Below, piece by piece: positions 15,520 through 24,289 of a stretch of 26,977 bases of DNA; position 1 is the first letter of the stretch, and every line of letters starts with the position of its first letter. The notes under the pieces were generated by a model, which saw only the letters and a list, made by a program, of their open reading frames with translations, did not search any database and was not told the origin of the DNA. The DNA lies in NCBI GenBank assembly GCA_040081625.1, contig JBEBGD010000076.1, forward strand, positions 1 through 26,977, read 5' to 3'. The stretch is from Chthoniobacteraceae bacterium. GTDB lineage: Bacteria; Verrucomicrobiota; Verrucomicrobiia; Chthoniobacterales; Chthoniobacteraceae. The position numbers and the translations under genes are program-made.

Positions 15520-16185
15520 ATGCATCCCAAGGCTCGTCGATTCGCAATGGTCGCAGGCTTCATCATCGCAGCGCTGCTCGCGGGCGGTTGCGCTTCGCGC
15601 CGGCCTGCTGCCGCCGTGGTCGCGAAGCCAGTCGCGGCGCCGGCGAAGATCAACCTCAGTCAGATGTTCGTGCCGGCGGGGCGGTATGGGCGTCGCAAGG
15701 AGTTCCGGCTGGATGCGAGCTACATCACCATCCACAGCACCAGCAACCGCGGCGCGACGGCGCTCCAGCACGCGCGCGGCATGGCGCGCGGCGCCTTTCG
15801 CGGGCGGTCGAAATGGAATCGCACCGGCTACCTGACGTGGCACTTCACGGTCGATAACGTGCGGGCGATCCAGTCGCTCCCGCTGAGCATCCAGGGCGAG
15901 CACGCGGACCACGACGGGCCGGGGAATACCAGGAGTGTCGCCATCGAGATCTGCGAATTCCGCAGCCGCTCGCAGCAGGAAGCCGCGCTCGATCGCGCGG
16001 CGCGGCTCACCGCGTATGTGATGCGCCAGACCGGCGTGCCGATCAGCCGCGTGGTGCCGCATCAGCACTGGCCGCAGCGCCACTTTCACAACTACCAAAA
16101 GAACTGCCCGCGCATCCTGTTGCAGGGCGGACGACCGGGGCCGAAGTGGCAGGCATTTCTCAAGCGCGTGCAGAGTTATCTATGA
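15520..16185 (+). CDS. Lipoprotein N-acetylmuramoyl-L-alanine amidase (Amidase_2, CwlA/XlyA-like)
   Basis: Lipobox LLAGG|C; ITIHST, WHFTVD, GEHAD, IEICE and PHQHW...KNCP zinc-ligand pattern; 221 aa. A TTGACA hexamer is at 15483-15488. Confidence 0.9.
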   Translation: MHPKARRFAMVAGFIIAALLAGGCASRRPAAAVVAKPVAAPAKINLSQMFVPAGRYGRRKEFRLDASYITIHSTSNRGATALQHARGMARGAFRGRSKWNRTGYLTWHFTVDNVRAIQSLPLSIQGEHADHDGPGNTRSVAIEICEFRSRSQQEAALDRAARLTAYVMRQTGVPISRVVPHQHWPQRHFHNYQKNCPRILLQGGRPGPKWQAFLKRVQSYL

Positions 16186-16898
16186 GCCTCTCCGAAAATC
16201 CCATCGATCCCCGCGACCGCCTCATCTTCGCCCTCGACGTGCCGACCATCGACGATGCGCGCGCGTGGGTCGAGCGGCTCGGCGATTCGGTGACCTTCTA
16301 CAAGCTCGGCCTCGAGTTCTGCATGGGAGGGCGCTACTTCGAGTTGCTCGAGGAACTCGTCGCTGGGGGAAAGAAAGTCTTCGCCGACCTCAAGTTTTCC
16401 GACGTGCCGGCGACCGTGCGCGGTGCGGTGGCAAACCTCGCGCGCAGCGGCGCGACGTGCTGCACGCTGCATGGCACGAGCTGCGTCTATCGCGACGTGG
16501 TGAAGGTGCGCGGCGCGATGAAGCTGCTCGCCGTCACCGTGCTCACGAGTTGCGGGCCGGAGGATGTCGCCGAGATGGGCTGGAGCGGACCGGTCGAGGA
16601 TCTCGTCTCGTTGCGTGCGCGCAAGGCGATCGAGGCGGGCATCGACGGGCTCATCTGCTCGGGGCAGGAAGCGGCGCGGCTGAGGCGCGAACTCGGCTCC
16701 TCGCCGCTCATCATCACGCCAGGCATCCGCGCGGCGGAGGAAAAGGGTGGCGATGACCAGAAGCGCACGATGACGCTGGAGGAGGCATTCCTCGCGGGCG
16801 CGGATCACATCGTCGTCGGCCGTCCGATCCGCAACGCGCCCGATCCGCGCGCGGCGGCCGAGGCGATGCGGGCGCAAATCGCGGCGTTGTTTTCCTGA
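16182..16898 (+). CDS. pyrF: Orotidine 5'-phosphate decarboxylase
   Basis: RLIFALD, YKLGLE, FADLKFSDVPATV (DxKxxDxxxT), AVTVLTS, TPGIR, DDQKR, VVGRPI. Start ATG 16182 overlaps the amidase TGA; 238 aa. Confidence 0.97.
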   Translation: MSLSENPIDPRDRLIFALDVPTIDDARAWVERLGDSVTFYKLGLEFCMGGRYFELLEELVAGGKKVFADLKFSDVPATVRGAVANLARSGATCCTLHGTSCVYRDVVKVRGAMKLLAVTVLTSCGPEDVAEMGWSGPVEDLVSLRARKAIEAGIDGLICSGQEAARLRRELGSSPLIITPGIRAAEEKGGDDQKRTMTLEEAFLAGADHIVVGRPIRNAPDPRAAAEAMRAQIAALFS

Positions 16899-16922
16899 CG
16901 CGCGCTCCCCTACGTTTGCGCC

Positions 16923-17774
16923 ATGTCCGACACTTACGCCCATCCCGACGTTCTCGCGAGCACCGACTGGCTCGCCGCGAATCTCGACGCGCCCGGACAG
17001 CGCATCGTCGAGAGCAATGAGGACGTGCTGCTCTACGACACCGGGCACATTCCCGGTGCGGTTCACATCGACTGGCGCGGCGACCTGCAGGACGAACTCG
17101 TGCGCGATTACATCAGCCCCGAGGCGTTCGCCGCAGTGTGCTCGAAGAACGGCATCTCGCCGGAGACGACGGTGATTTTCTACGGCGACAAGTCGAACTG
17201 GTGGTCGTGCTACGCGCTTTGGGCGTTCCGGCTTTTCGGCCACACGAGGGTGAAAATCCTCGATGGTGGCCGCGACAAGTGGGTGAAGGAAGGTCGCGCG
17301 CTGATGAAGGAAAAACGCAAGCCCGCGCCCGCGCACTACCCGGTCCCGCCGAAGCGTCTCGACGCGGAGATCCGCGCGTTCTTCGACGACGCGCTCGCAC
17401 AGGCGCGCGCGCAGAAGCCGCTGATCGACGTGCGGTCGCCGGAGGAGTTCAGCGGTGAGCGCACGCACATGCCCGAGTATCCGCAGGAAGGCGTGCTCCG
17501 CGGCGGCCACGTGCCCGGCGCGAAGAGCGTGCCGTGGAAGCGCGCGGTCAACGACGACGGCACATTCAAGTCGCCCGACGAGCTCGCTGCGATCTACACG
17601 CAAGGCTGCGCGCTCGCGCCGCAGGACGACATCATCGCGTATTGCCGCATCGGCGAGCGATCGAGCCACACGTGGTTCGTGCTCACGTATCTGCTCGGCT
17701 ACGAGCACGTGCGAAATTACGATGGCTCGTGGACCGAGTGGGGAAACCGCGTGCGCGCGCCGATCGAACGCTAG
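16923..17774 (+). CDS. Two-domain rhodanese / thiosulfate sulfurtransferase (SseA/CysA-like)
   Basis: [35 protein letters not shown], active-site YCRIGERSS and [10 protein letters not shown]; 283 aa. Confidence 0.95.
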   Translation: MSDTYAHPDVLASTDWLAANLDAPGQRIVESNEDVLLYDTGHIPGAVHIDWRGDLQDELVRDYISPEAFAAVCSKNGISPETTVIFYGDKSNWWSCYALWAFRLFGHTRVKILDGGRDKWVKEGRALMKEKRKPAPAHYPVPPKRLDAEIRAFFDDALAQARAQKPLIDVRSPEEFSGERTHMPEYPQEGVLRGGHVPGAKSVPWKRAVNDDGTFKSPDELAAIYTQGCALAPQDDIIAYCRIGERSSHTWFVLTYLLGYEHVRNYDGSWTEWGNRVRAPIER

Positions 17775-17805
17775 AGCCCGTCCGAAAGGTCCGGGCGGCT
17801 GCTCT

Positions 17806-17997
17806 CGTCGCGTAGCGACGCGGAGAAAATAGCCCGGCGCTTCAGCGCCGGGAACCGATCGGAGCGAGAGGGCGAGTCGCGTAGCGACGACAGAGCCCGG
17901 TGCTGTGTTTTCTGCCGTCGCTACGCGACTCGATTGTTTGGCGTTGGTTTCCCGGCACTGAAGTGCCGGGCTATTTTCTCCGCGTCGCTACGCGACG
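17806..17997. repeat. 192-bp nested palindromic REP/REPIN-like element
   Basis: Outer arms 17806-17856 and 17946-17997 are near-perfect inverted copies. Inner arms 17873-17894 and 17911-17932 differ by one mismatch. There are four copies of the GTCGC-GTA-GCGAC hairpin (two per strand). Confidence 0.88.
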
Positions 17998-18116
17998 GGA
18001 CGCAACGTCAGGAGCGCATCGCCCGTTCCGTCCGGACGACTTCGGTGGATCGGGATCATGCTACCGGCATGGGTGGTCGCTGGCGTGGCGTGCGCGGCGT
18101 TGGATGCGCGCCCGCC

Positions 18117-19001
18117 ATGCTTCTACGCTTCTCACTTCTCCTCACCCTCTGCGCCGCACTCCATGCCGCGGACGCGCCCGCAAAACCGAAATGGCAGAAG
18201 GTCTATCCGCAGACGCCGCCGGGCGTGACGCAGCTTACCGAGGTCGTCGCCGCGTATCCCGAGCACGTCGTCACGCTCACCGTGTATGTGCCGGATGCGC
18301 CGGGTCCGTTTCCGGCGATCCTCGACATCCACGGCGGCGGCTGGAAGGCGCGACAAGTCGAGAGCGACAAGCCGATGATGGAGCGACTCGCAGCCCGCGG
18401 ATTCGTCACTGCGCTCGTCGCGTATCGAGTCACGGGCGAAGCGAAATACCCCGCGGCGCTGCACGATTGCAAAGCCGCGATCCGCTGCCTGCGCGCGAAC
18501 GCGGCGAGATGGAAGATCGATCCCGCGCACATCGGCTGCATGGGCGGCTCGGCGGGCGGGCATCTTTCCGGGCTGCTTGCGATGACGAGCGGGCTGAAGG
18601 ATTTCGAGGGCGCCGGGCCGAACGCGGACCAATCGAGCGCGGTGCAGGCGTGCATCGTGATGGCCGCGACGCAGGACTTCGTGGCGTCGAATACGATGCA
18701 AACGAACGCCAGCGCCGTGGCCTTCTTCGGCGCTTCCTTCGCGGACGACCCGGAGATCTACAAGCAAGTCTCGCCGATCACACACGTCCGCGCCGGTGTG
18801 CCGCCGACGATCTTCATCGAGGGCGAAAAGGACACGCTGAAAATCGGCCGCGCCGAGATGATGGAGAAGCTGCGCGAACTCGGCATCGAGACGGCCGTCC
18901 ACACGCTCAAGGACGCGCCGCATCCGTTCTGGATGAGCCAGCCGTGGTGCGACCAGACTGTCGAGATCGCCGACGCCTTCTTCAAAAAACACCTCAAATG
19001 A
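18117..19001 (+). CDS. Secreted alpha/beta hydrolase (HSL-like / BD-FAE-type esterase)
   Basis: Start ATG 18117 with signal MLLRFSLLLTLCAALHA; IHGGGW, GGSAGGHL, GEKD, APHPF; 294 aa. Confidence 0.9.
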   Translation: MLLRFSLLLTLCAALHAADAPAKPKWQKVYPQTPPGVTQLTEVVAAYPEHVVTLTVYVPDAPGPFPAILDIHGGGWKARQVESDKPMMERLAARGFVTALVAYRVTGEAKYPAALHDCKAAIRCLRANAARWKIDPAHIGCMGGSAGGHLSGLLAMTSGLKDFEGAGPNADQSSAVQACIVMAATQDFVASNTMQTNASAVAFFGASFADDPEIYKQVSPITHVRAGVPPTIFIEGEKDTLKIGRAEMMEKLRELGIETAVHTLKDAPHPFWMSQPWCDQTVEIADAFFKKHLK

Positions 19002-20548
19002 AAACACGCATCCTCGCCACTCTCGTCGCGCTTTCCGTCCTCGCTCACGCGGACGTCAGGCTCCCCGCCATCATCTCCGACCACATGGTGCTCCAGGCCG
19101 AGACGGAGGCGCCGATCTGGGGTTGGGCCGAGCCGGGCGAGGAAGTGTCCGTCGCGCTCGCCGGGACGACGAAGACCACCAAGGCCGACGCCGCCGGCAA
19201 ATGGAAGGTCGTCTTCAGCAAGCTCAAGCCGGGCGCGTCGCTCACCTTGAAGGTAAAGGGGAAGAACGAGCTGACCGTCAACGACGTCGCCGTCGGCGAG
19301 GTGTGGCTTTGCTCCGGCCAGTCGAACATGGCGATGAGCGTCGAGCGCTCGAACAACTTCGAGCAGGAGAAGGTCAACGCGACGCTGCCGATCCGCATGT
19401 TCACCGTCGAGCGCAGCCCGCAGCCGCAGCCGCAGGACGACTGCAAGGGCTCGTGGGTGCGCGTGAGCATGGACACGGTCGGGAAGTTCTCCGCCACCGC
19501 GTATTTCTTCGGACGCGGCCTGCACGTGGGCGGCGTGGAGTCGTCGATCGGGCTGATCAATTCCTCCGTCGGCGGCACCGCGGTCGAGGCGTGGACGAGC
19601 CACGAGGCGCAATCCAAGCTCGCCGAATACGCCACCATCTCCGAGCCGTGGACGAAGTTGACGGCGGTGGCCTTCGACGAGGCAGCCGCGGAGAAAAAGT
19701 TTCAGGAGCAGCGCGCGAAGTGGCTCGAAAATGTGAAGGCCGCGAAGGAAGCGAACAAGCCGCTCCCGCGCGGGCCGCAAAAGCCGATCGACCCGCGCCT
19801 GCAGCCGAATCACCCGGCGAATCTCTTCAACGGCATGATCGCGCCGATCATCCCTTACGGCATCCGCGGCGCGATCTGGTATCAGGGTGAGAGCAATGCG
19901 GCCAAGCCGTTCGCGAATCTCTACGGCCTCCAGCTTCGCACCATGATCGCCGACTGGCGCGGGCGCTGGGGCCACGACTTCCCGTTCGCGTGGGTGCAGC
20001 TTCCCGACTTCCGCGCTCCGCAGAAGGAACCGAGCGAGCCGACGGGCTGGGTGACGGTTCGCGAGCAGATGCTCAAGACGCTCAGCGTGCCGAAGACGGG
20101 CATGGCGATCACCCTCGGCCTCGGCGAGGAAAAGGACATCCACCCGAAGAACAAGCAGGATGTCGGAGCGCGGCTCGCGCGGTGGGCGCGCGCGGAAGTC
20201 TATGGCGGCAAGCGCGAGTCGTCCGGCCCGCTGCCGGGCGGACACAAGATCGCGGACGGAAAGGTCACGATCACCTTCACCCATGCCGAGGGGCTGCGCG
20301 TGAAGGGCGGCGGCGCGGTGAAAGGATTCGCCATCGCCGGCGCGGACAAAAAGTTCGTGTGGGCCGACGCGCTCATCGACGGCGACAAGGTCATCGTCTC
20401 CTCGCCCGAGGTGAAGGAACCCGCCGCCGTGCGTTACGCGTGGGCCGACAACCCGGTGTGGAGCCTGGAGAACGCCGGGCGCCTGCCGGCATCGCCCTTC
20501 CGCACGGACGACTGGCCGATCGAGGCCGCGGCTACTTCACGCCGGTAA
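18998..20548 (+). CDS. Sialate O-acetylesterase family SGNH hydrolase (SASA domain)
   Basis: Start ATG 18998 (ATGA overlap) with a signal peptide; SDHMVLQ, GEVWLCSGQSNM, VGGTAVEAW, IWYQGESN, DIHPKNK, VRYAW, PASPFRTD; 516 aa. Confidence 0.93.
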   Translation: MKTRILATLVALSVLAHADVRLPAIISDHMVLQAETEAPIWGWAEPGEEVSVALAGTTKTTKADAAGKWKVVFSKLKPGASLTLKVKGKNELTVNDVAVGEVWLCSGQSNMAMSVERSNNFEQEKVNATLPIRMFTVERSPQPQPQDDCKGSWVRVSMDTVGKFSATAYFFGRGLHVGGVESSIGLINSSVGGTAVEAWTSHEAQSKLAEYATISEPWTKLTAVAFDEAAAEKKFQEQRAKWLENVKAAKEANKPLPRGPQKPIDPRLQPNHPANLFNGMIAPIIPYGIRGAIWYQGESNAAKPFANLYGLQLRTMIADWRGRWGHDFPFAWVQLPDFRAPQKEPSEPTGWVTVREQMLKTLSVPKTGMAITLGLGEEKDIHPKNKQDVGARLARWARAEVYGGKRESSGPLPGGHKIADGKVTITFTHAEGLRVKGGGAVKGFAIAGADKKFVWADALIDGDKVIVSSPEVKEPAAVRYAWADNPVWSLENAGRLPASPFRTDDWPIEAAATSRR

Positions 20549-21779
20549 CCAGCGGCTGCGTCCACGCCTGCTCGAACTCGCCCTCGCGATACGGGTCGGC
20601 CTTCAGCTTGGTCGAAACGACGCGCGCGCGGACGTAGATTTCGTCGCCCTTGAGCCGGTAACTGGCCGATGCGCCTTCGACCGTCGCGAGCACCGTGCCG
20701 ATGTCCGCGCTGTATCGGCGCGTCGTGCGCAGCGTCGCGCCGTTGTCGCCGAGCACCGGCTGGCTTGTGCGGTCGTAGCCTTTGCGCGTGCCGATGAACT
20801 CGGTCGTGTAGGTCACCCCGGGCTCGGCTTTGATCTCGATCGCGAGGCCACTCTTCTCGCGTCGAACATCGCTCAGCGTCACGCCCGATGATGCGTAGAA
20901 ATCGCCGGCTTCCATCGCGGCGATGAGGTCTTCGACCGCGAGCGTCTTCGCGCGCACCATCACCCAGCCCCGGCCTGTGCGGCTCAGCTTCTTCGGTTCA
21001 TTGTGGTAGTTGTGCGAGTCGTCGGTCGCGAGGCCGAAGAAGGGCGGCTTGCCCAGCACGGCGAGCCGTTCGGCGAGCAGGATATCCCACATGCGCTCGG
21101 TGCCAGCGCGCGTCTCGTCGCCTTCGTTGTGCACCTGCGGGTGGCCGTTATAGACTTCGAAGAAACTCTCGTTCTCGAGCTGCATCATCTCCTCCGCGGT
21201 GAGCGCCCAGCCGAAGTTGGGATGATTGATGTGCGGGATCATCGGCGTGCCGGTGCGTTTGCGCTGGGCGGCTACGGCGTTCATCACCTTCTGCATCACG
21301 TCGAAGACGCTCGTGCCTTTGATCGGCATGAGGCACTCGCGGATGTTCGTCACATTGATGTGAATCGGCGCGGTGAGAAAGCGCCCGGTCACTTCCTCGC
21401 TCTGCACCATGAGGAACTGCCCCGGCTTCTCGAACTGCGTGCGAAACTCCCCGAGCGTCTTGAGCCGCACTTCCTTGTCGGCGTCCTTGCCGCGCACCTC
21501 CACCCAGTCCTCGCCGAAGCGCGCGAGATACTTGTCGAACGCCACCTGCCCGCCCTTGCTCTTCGCGATCGGAATCCAGCGCTCGTGATCCGAGAGGATG
21601 TTGTGATCCGACAGCGCGAGAAAGTGATAGCCGTTCTTTTGATACCACTCCGCGATCATCTCCGGGTAATCGTCGCCATCGCTCCAGTGCGAATGCGTGT
21701 GCAGGTTGCCCTTCCACCAGCGCGGCTCGGCGGCGTGGAGGGAGGCGACGACGAGGAGGGAAAGGAGGAGCGGGCGCAT
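20532..21779 (-). CDS. Secreted PHP-domain metallohydrolase (histidinol-phosphatase-like / CehA-McbA-like)
   Basis: Start ATG 21779 with signal MRPLLLSLLVVASLHA; WKGNLHTHSHWSDGD, LSDHN, SEE, INHPN, FEVYN, ATDDSH. Convergent 17-nt overlap with the esterase; 415 aa. Confidence 0.88.
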   Translation of the reverse strand: MRPLLLSLLVVASLHAAEPRWWKGNLHTHSHWSDGDDYPEMIAEWYQKNGYHFLALSDHNILSDHERWIPIAKSKGGQVAFDKYLARFGEDWVEVRGKDADKEVRLKTLGEFRTQFEKPGQFLMVQSEEVTGRFLTAPIHINVTNIRECLMPIKGTSVFDVMQKVMNAVAAQRKRTGTPMIPHINHPNFGWALTAEEMMQLENESFFEVYNGHPQVHNEGDETRAGTERMWDILLAERLAVLGKPPFFGLATDDSHNYHNEPKKLSRTGRGWVMVRAKTLAVEDLIAAMEAGDFYASSGVTLSDVRREKSGLAIEIKAEPGVTYTTEFIGTRKGYDRTSQPVLGDNGATLRTTRRYSADIGTVLATVEGASASYRLKGDEIYVRARVVSTKLKADPYREGEFEQAWTQPLVTGVK

Positions 21780-21874
21780 GACGGCCACCCTGACCTGTGG
21801 TGGGTCGATTGCGCAACCTCTCCGCAAGCGCAGTCGCGATTCCCTTTCTCCGGCGACACTGGCATGATCGGCCC

Positions 21875-22348
21875 ATGTCCCTCGACCGCTTTCACCGAGC
21901 CCAAGCCAGCCGACCAAGTGGCTACGACACCGCGCTCGCGGAGATCCGCGCGGGGCGGAAGACCGGCCACTGGATCTGGTATGTCTTTCCGCAGATCGAC
22001 GGCCTCGGACGATCCTCCACCGCCCGCGAATACGCGCTCGCGGATCTCGCCGAAGCCCGCGCCTATTTGCGCGACCCGCTCCTCCGCGCGCGTTACGAAA
22101 AAATCGCCGCCGCCGTCAGCGAGCAACTCGCCGGCGGCGTCACAGTCGAAGACCTGATGGGAGGCCGCACCGACGCGCTCAAACTCGTCTCCAGCCTCAC
22201 GTTTTTCGGCGCCGCGGCGGGGAACGATGAGACGTTCGCGCACGTCGCGCGGCTCTGCGATTCCATCCTCCGGCAGACCGCCGCCCAAGGTTATCCACCC
22301 TGCGCCTTCACGCTCGAGCGACTCGCGGGGACGGCGCCGGGAGGCTGA
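21875..22348 (+). CDS. DUF1810 family protein
   Basis: MSLDRFHRAQ...YDTALAEIRAGRKTGHWIWYVFPQIDGLGRS...EARAYLRDPLL...DALKLVSSLTFF; 157 aa. Confidence 0.9.
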   Translation: MSLDRFHRAQASRPSGYDTALAEIRAGRKTGHWIWYVFPQIDGLGRSSTAREYALADLAEARAYLRDPLLRARYEKIAAAVSEQLAGGVTVEDLMGGRTDALKLVSSLTFFGAAAGNDETFAHVARLCDSILRQTAAQGYPPCAFTLERLAGTAPGG

Positions 22349-22373
22349 GCGCGCGGGCGCGGGGCGGGCTTCG

Positions 22374-22913
22374 CTATTTGAACTCCACGCGCACTTCGTC
22401 GAAGTCGAACGTGCCAATGGCGAAGATGCAGCGCACCACCACCTCGACCTGCGTGCACCCGGGCGGCGGCGTGAACTCCCGCCGGAACGTATGCCAGTTC
22501 GGAGAATTGCCCGACGCCACGACTGCCGCGCTGAGGTTGCCGCCGTTCGCGTCCTTGTAGCGCAGCGCCACTTCCACGGCCGCCCGCTTCTCGTCCTTTT
22601 CATTCCGCGGTTTGCCACGCATCCGCCCGAGCACGGCGACGGACTTTGCCTTCGGGGGCACGGGCACCGTCTGAGCCATGCCGGAGTTCCCGGCATCGAT
22701 GCGCGAGAGCCGGAGGAAGGTGTCCTTCGCATCGGTGAAAACGACGCCGCCCGCGCCGGGATAAGCCGGAGTCCAGTGTGGCGGCGGGCTCCCCGCCGGT
22801 GAGTCGCTGAAGTCGCCGTTCTTCAATGGACGATTCGTCTGCGCGTGCGCCGCAGCCGCGGACGCGAGCACCAGCAGCACGGCGGGGAGAATGAGGATGT
22901 GGTTCGGTTTCAT
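22374..22913 (-). CDS. Secreted protein with a galactose-binding-like / CBM-like jelly-roll domain
   Basis: Start ATG 22913 with a signal peptide ending AAAHA; LKNGDFS..P.HW, AQTVPVP, W..FRREF..P and terminal FDFDEVRV; 179 aa. Confidence 0.75.
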   Translation of the reverse strand: MKPNHILILPAVLLVLASAAAAHAQTNRPLKNGDFSDSPAGSPPPHWTPAYPGAGGVVFTDAKDTFLRLSRIDAGNSGMAQTVPVPPKAKSVAVLGRMRGKPRNEKDEKRAAVEVALRYKDANGGNLSAAVVASGNSPNWHTFRREFTPPPGCTQVEVVVRCIFAIGTFDFDEVRVEFK

Positions 22914-22923
22914 GGCGGCGCGA

Positions 22924-22955
22924 AGATTAGCAGCGACCCGGCGGCGGGTTGTCAA
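22924..22955 (-). promoter_or_regulatory. Possible promoter for the CBM-like gene
   Basis: TTGACA (22955..22950) and extended -10 TGC-TAATCT (22932..22924). The 20-nt spacer is long, so the extended -10 may act alone. Confidence 0.35.
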
Positions 22956-23025
22956 AAATCGATGAGACGCGTGTGAAGAAATTCGGACTGTTTTCCGCGT
23001 CCTGGTTCGCCATCTTCCGGTCGCC

Positions 23026-23592
23026 ATGCACGAGCACCATCACGTTGCGGCGGACCAACTCGAATTTGGGGTCGAAGCGATCAAGCGATCGCCGGCGACG
23101 ACGGGCGTCCTCCGACTCATCGTGTGCCGGCCGGATGTCGGTGCGCGGGAGACGATGAGCGAGGCGCGGCTCGATGAAGTCGCCGGATTGATCGGCGATT
23201 CGTGGCTGAAGCGCGGCAGTTCGCGCACCCCGGATCGCAGCGCGAATCCCGACGCGCAGATCACCGTGATGAATGCCCGCGCCATCGCGCTCGTCGCCGC
23301 CAGCCGCGCTCGCTGGCCGCTCGCTGGCGATCAACTCTTTGTCGATCTCGACCTCAGCACCGTCAACCTGCCGACTGGCTCGCGGCTCCGCGTCGGCGAA
23401 GCCGTCATCGAGATCAGCACCGAGCCGCACACGGGTTGCTACAAGTTCAAGGATCGCTTCGGCGCCGCCGCGCTCGCTTGGGTGAACTCCCCCGTCGGTC
23501 GCGAACTGAACCTGCGCGGCGTCAACGCCCGGATCGTCACCGGTGGAATCGTTCGCGTCGGCGATCCTGTCGTGAAGCTCTGCGATGACTGA
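23026..23592 (+). CDS. MOSC domain-containing protein
   Basis: GVLRLIVCRP...GLIGDSW...QITVMN...GDQLFVDLDL...GSRLRVGEAVIEI..PHTGCYKF...RGVNARIVTGGIVRVGD, with the conserved Cys; 188 aa. Confidence 0.9.
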   Translation: MHEHHHVAADQLEFGVEAIKRSPATTGVLRLIVCRPDVGARETMSEARLDEVAGLIGDSWLKRGSSRTPDRSANPDAQITVMNARAIALVAASRARWPLAGDQLFVDLDLSTVNLPTGSRLRVGEAVIEISTEPHTGCYKFKDRFGAAALAWVNSPVGRELNLRGVNARIVTGGIVRVGDPVVKLCDD

Positions 23593-23956
23593 GAACAAGA
23601 ACGTGGTCGTGATCGGCGCCACCCCGAAGCCCGATCGTTACGCCTTCATGGCGATGCAGCGGCTCCAGCAGCACGGCTATCGCGCCATCCCGGTGAACCC
23701 GGCGTTTTCAGAAATCCGCGGAGAGCGCTGCCATGCGAGCATCGCGGATGTGAACGAGCCAATCGACACGGTGACGATGTATGTCGGCGCGGCGCGTTCG
23801 ACTCCGCTAATTCAGGAAATCGTCGCGGCGAAACCGCGGCGCATCGTCTTCAATCCGGGCGCTGAGAATCCCGAACTGTCGGCTGCGGCGCGGGCGGCGG
23901 GGATCGAAGTGGCGAAAGGATGCACCCTCCTGATGCTCGGCGCGGGCACCTTCTGA
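23585..23956 (+). CDS. CoA-binding protein (YccU-like, CoA_binding_2)
   Basis: VVVIGATPKPDRYA, IPVNP, IDTVTMYV, IVFNPGAEN, GCTLLML. Overlaps the MOSC gene by 8 nt; 123 aa. Confidence 0.9.
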   Translation: MTENKNVVVIGATPKPDRYAFMAMQRLQQHGYRAIPVNPAFSEIRGERCHASIADVNEPIDTVTMYVGAARSTPLIQEIVAAKPRRIVFNPGAENPELSAAARAAGIEVAKGCTLLMLGAGTF

Positions 23957-23971
23957 CAGGCTCGCCGCTGG

Positions 23972-24286
23972 CTACGGTTTGCGGAGTTCGACGACCCAGG
24001 TCGTCCCGGTGTAATTGCCTTCCGAGTATTCCGCGTGAACGCGGTCGCCGACCTTGAGCGATTGCCAGAGAGCTTCGTCCACGTCCGCCTCGGCTTTTCG
24101 GCCGCTCTCCATCTCGACTTTCACCAGCCATCGGTCGCGATCGGTCTGGCGTTCCTTGTATTCGGCGCCTTCGACGCGGGCGGGGATGTGTTCCATCGCG
24201 ATCACGACAGCGCGCTGGCTTTTCTTCGTGCAGCCAAAGGTGAGCGTCGCGACCAGGATGAGGATTACGGAGCGGGGAATGCGCAT
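23972..24286 (-). CDS. Small lipoprotein, hypothetical
   Basis: Lipobox LTFG|C after MRIPRSVILILVAT; OB-fold-like WQSLKVGDRVHAEY; 104 aa; starts 3 nt after the ICMT-family stop. Confidence 0.8.
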   Translation of the reverse strand: MRIPRSVILILVATLTFGCTKKSQRAVVIAMEHIPARVEGAEYKERQTDRDRWLVKVEMESGRKAEADVDEALWQSLKVGDRVHAEYSEGNYTGTTWVVELRKP

Positions 24287-24289
24287 GAT

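Noticed and set aside
17776..17796. GCCCG-TCC-GAAA-GGTC-CGGGC hairpin after the rhodanese as a terminator
   Set aside because: The stem is imperfect and has no U-tract; support is insufficient.
17900..18997. 882-aa ORF as a fusion or frameshifted esterase
   Set aside because: The first 366 codons are an off-frame overlap of the alpha/beta hydrolase and the repeat; the esterase has its own ATG and signal peptide at 18998.
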